Shown one piece after another: positions 61,591 to 64,000 of a stretch of 64,000 bases of DNA (position 1 is the stretch's first letter; the number at the start of each line of letters is the position of its first letter). Position numbers and translations under genes: made by a program. Under the pieces are notes generated by a model. The model ran no database searches. It was not told the DNA's origin and saw nothing but the letters and a program-made list of their open reading frames with translations. The stretch is from a virus (taxonomy: Duplodnaviria > Caudoviricetes). The DNA is taken from positions 897 to 64,896 of the IMG/VR virus record IMGVR_UViG_3300036779_000023, one strand, 5' to 3'.

Positions 61591-63189
61591 CTATGCTGCT
61601 GCTCGCATCATTCCCATTTGAGCAGCCTTGCGGGTTGCAAGATCGTAGCGGACGCGCCGTGCGCCGGTCGCCGGATCGCGCACGATCGCCTCGGGCGTCT
61701 TCCTCTCAACTTCATCCGCCATCATCCCGATTTGCGGAATCGGCGAACCCTTGAGGCGGAAGCTGTAGATGTTCTGCTTGTCGTGGGTCTTGCCGACCTT
61801 CTTGATGTCGGTCTTCATTTCGCGCTCGGAGAACGGCAGCATCGCCATCAGCGCCGGACCGAGCGCCGTGGCCGCCGTGCCGCCAGACGGGAACAGCGAA
61901 CCGAGCAGGCCTGCACCCGCCGTGACGCCGCCGAGGATGTTCGAGAGCGGATTGTTGGCCGGCGTCTGGGTGCCGTAGGCCGTGCCCTGCTGCGTCGTGG
62001 TGCCGCCCATGCCGCCGAGACCCATGGCAGCAGCGAGCAATGGATTGATGTTGGTGAATGGCTGCGCCTGCATCATGTTCGCCGCCGCCCATGGTGCGTT
62101 CGCGGCCTGATAGTAGCCCTGCGCCGCCTGCACCGGGGTCTGTCCGGCCTGATACTGGGTCTGGGCGATCTGATAGGGCGTCAGTGCCGCCTGCAGCTGG
62201 GTCTGCGCTGCGGTGAGCGGCTGCCCGGCGGCGCCATATTGCGCCAGCGCGGCCTGCAGCGGCATCCCGGCTGCCCCATAGCCCGCCGTCGCGGCCTGCA
62301 GCGGCGCCTGCGCGGCGGCCCACTGCGCCTGTGCCGGGGCCATCTGCAGGCTCGGCAGCATCCCCGCAGCCTGCAGCGCCTGCATGGTGTTGCCACTCAT
62401 CGCGCCTGCGGTCGAGATGCCCGCGTTCTGCAGCATCTGGTTCGCACTCAGCGCGTTGGCGACGTTGGTGTTGTACTGGCTCTGGATGATCGGCGCCTCG
62501 CCTTGCATCAAGCCGCGCCCGAGCGATTGCGCATAGGTTCCGGCGCCTGACGGATCGCGACCGCTGCCGGCATAGCTTCCCGCGACTTGGCTGGTGATGT
62601 TTTTCGTCAGCGTATTGAGCGCATCGGAGAAGCCCGGCGTCGTATAAGGATTGAGATTCGCGGTGTTGGCGAGCGGGTTGACGTTCTGCTGCAGGTTTTG
62701 GTAGGCCGCCGGCAGCATGCCCGCGTTGGCGAACATCTGCTGCACGCCCGCCGTCGACTGCGGCGCCAGCGCATTGACGCCGCCGGCCGCGTTCATCAGG
62801 TTGTAGGCCGCCGGCATCTGCGGCTGCGCGGCCCCCATCATCTGATAGGCTGCCGGCGTCAGCATCCCCGCCGAGCCCGCCACGTTCTGCGCCGCCGGCA
62901 TCAGATTGCCCGAGGCGTTGATCACATACTGGCCGTAGGGCGTGAGATTGCCGGTCGAAGCGGCGACGTTCTGCGCCTGCGGAATCAGGTTGCCGGCCGC
63001 GTCGGTAAAGGTCTGCGCGGCACCCTGCAGCTGGCCGCCGGCCGCCGTCTGCTGCGGCGTCATCGCGGTGTTGACGCCGCCGAACTGGTTGATGAGATTC
63101 TGCAAGAGCGGCGTCGCGGCGGACCAAGGCGTCGCCGTCGAGGTCGAGTTTTGCGTTTGGGTCGTGGTTGCGGGTTGCGAGCTACCCAT
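61591..63189 (-). CDS. DNA pilot/ejection protein with 14-residue repeats and C-terminal peptidase S74 (ICA)-like domain
   Basis: MGSSQP.TTTQTQ start; Pro every 14 aa in two blocks; FSER.MKTDI..VG...IYSF...GMMADEVE...PEAI. Confidence 0.75.
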   Translation of the reverse strand: MGSSQPATTTQTQNSTSTATPWSAATPLLQNLINQFGGVNTAMTPQQTAAGGQLQGAAQTFTDAAGNLIPQAQNVAASTGNLTPYGQYVINASGNLMPAAQNVAGSAGMLTPAAYQMMGAAQPQMPAAYNLMNAAGGVNALAPQSTAGVQQMFANAGMLPAAYQNLQQNVNPLANTANLNPYTTPGFSDALNTLTKNITSQVAGSYAGSGRDPSGAGTYAQSLGRGLMQGEAPIIQSQYNTNVANALSANQMLQNAGISTAGAMSGNTMQALQAAGMLPSLQMAPAQAQWAAAQAPLQAATAGYGAAGMPLQAALAQYGAAGQPLTAAQTQLQAALTPYQIAQTQYQAGQTPVQAAQGYYQAANAPWAAANMMQAQPFTNINPLLAAAMGLGGMGGTTTQQGTAYGTQTPANNPLSNILGGVTAGAGLLGSLFPSGGTAATALGPALMAMLPFSEREMKTDIKKVGKTHDKQNIYSFRLKGSPIPQIGMMADEVERKTPEAIVRDPATGARRVRYDLATRKAAQMGMMRAAA

Positions 63190-63646
63190 CGCTGTCGAGC
63201 CTCTTTGACATCACCACCGCCGACACCCGGTAGTCAGGAAGGAGTTTTTGCCAGCCCTCCCTGCCTTCCCATGTCAGCGTCTGACAGCCTTGGCCCCGTG
63301 CGTAGTCTTCCAGCTCCTTGAGAGTATGGAGCCATTGACGCATGGAGCCGCCGCCGAGGTGCTCAATCCGGAGCGCGTGGCCCGACCGCAACGCGCTGAT
63401 AGAGGTAACACCAGCCGCGACGATTGTCACATCATCTTGCGTGATCAGCCACAGCTGGCGGAAACCGTGCCGCAGATCATCCCGCAGCGTCACCGGGATG
63501 TTCAGGTCGCGCTGCCGGTAGGATTTCAACAGCAGCGGCTCGGCGAGAAACCAGACGCCGTCCACGTCCTCGCGCGCGACCAGCGACAGCTTAACCGCCG
63601 ACGCAGGAGAAATCGAAGGTGCGATCCGCTTGTGCATTGTTCGCAT
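63182..63646 (-). CDS. GNAT-like phage acetyltransferase
   Basis: QLW......AAGVT.I......L.I..LGG..M..W...E.YAR..GC..L..EGR.GW; start uncertain. Confidence 0.7.
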   Translation of the reverse strand: MRTMHKRIAPSISPASAVKLSLVAREDVDGVWFLAEPLLLKSYRQRDLNIPVTLRDDLRHGFRQLWLITQDDVTIVAAGVTSISALRSGHALRIEHLGGGSMRQWLHTLKELEDYARGQGCQTLTWEGREGWQKLLPDYRVSAVVMSKRLDSDG

Positions 63647-63899
63647 GGGTCAAAACAAAGCTGCCGTTGAGTTTGGTTGAGACGTAGGTCGTCGACAAAG
63701 CCGCAGCGGCATCGGCCGTGCGCGGCGACAGGAAGATGGCGGAAAGCGTCGAGCAGTTGGCGAAGCTGACCGACGTCGTCGCCGCGCTCACCGCCAGCGT
63801 CACCGTGCCGGTGTTGTTCGAGCGACCGTCGACCACCTCATTGACCGCCGCGACGATGACCGTGAGGTCCTTCTCACGGGGTTGCAGCTTGCGAGCCAT
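63591..63899 (-). CDS. Small tail-associated beta-rich protein
   Basis: NEV.DGRSNNTG.VTL...GSF.LTH.NN...DRTF; GGGAGG SD. Confidence 0.65.
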   Translation of the reverse strand: MARKLQPREKDLTVIVAAVNEVVDGRSNNTGTVTLAVSAATTSVSFANCSTLSAIFLSPRTADAAAALSTTYVSTKLNGSFVLTHANNAQADRTFDFSCVGG

Positions 63900-64000
63900 C
63901 GTCGCCTCCCTGCATGGCGCCTGCCGCAGCGCCGCCGCCGATCAGCCCGGGCAGCGCATAGCGCTTTAAGATGCGCGGCGCCTCGAACGTCGCGAAGTTG
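63874..64000 (-). CDS. C-terminal fragment, probably the end of the 1-1489 gene
   Basis: Manual translation NFATFEAPRILKRYALPGLIGGGAAAGAMQGGDDGSQAATP*; resembles the NYVVFD...ILRKY ending recalled for this ART-like domain. Confidence 0.55.
   Translation of the reverse strand, partial: NFATFEAPRILKRYALPGLIGGGAAAGAMQGGDDGSQAATP

Larger units (their letters stand above)
1..64000. mobile_element. Tailed bacteriophage genome, podovirus-like, probably near-complete and circularly permuted
   Basis: Terminase, portal, scaffold, capsid, adaptor, nozzle, ejection, fibre, lysis, recombination and helicase genes with dense overlapping start/stop junctions; no host housekeeping genes or integrase seen. 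Confidence 0.95.

Noticed and set aside
61870-61920. LLGSLFP in the pilot protein (and SFGSAFP in the giant fibre) as further FGSLA copies
   Set aside because: Too degenerate to distinguish from chance in Gly/Ser-rich sequence
1-64000. tRNA/rRNA genes, integrase/att sites, CRISPR arrays
   Set aside because: None recognised by eye in intergenic regions; tRNAscan-SE/ARAGORN would be needed to exclude a divergent tRNA

Overview
The window is almost entirely one tailed-phage genome with no host genes. It is GC-rich and podovirus-like: P22-type portal, N4-gp56-type major capsid, gp10-like nozzle, several ejection proteins, and no tail tube or tape measure. The host is probably an alphaproteobacterium (inference from the GapR-like gene and gene families). 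It is probably a near-complete, circularly permuted genome, because the minus-strand ORF cut at base 1 appears to end in the fragment at 63874-64000. Layout: a Cro-like gene at 46352-46594 opens a long leftward arm. That arm carries GapR-like, RuvC-like, MT-A70 and helicase genes, many small early genes behind five repeated promoter/operator cassettes, a putative terS, a 9-kb fibre/decoration cassette, terL, portal, scaffold, capsid, adaptor, nozzle and two enzyme-bearing virion proteins. A rightward recombination arm runs 46691-52780 (ERF, YqaJ exonuclease, NinB-like, DEDDh). A leftward block runs 64000-52785 (GNAT, pilot/ejection proteins, lytic transglycosylase, tail fibre, endolysin). I found no integrase, CI repressor, DNA polymerase, tRNA or CRISPR array. 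The most unusual signals are: a FGSL[A/M] peptide shared by four unrelated late proteins; a codon-adapted gene nested out of frame inside a polyvalent effector-like virion protein; signal peptides on structural-module proteins; a second protein carrying the scaffold C-terminal motif; an antisense membrane gene wedged between ejection genes; and a secreted Gly-rich gene pair. All family assignments come from recalled motifs, not database searches.
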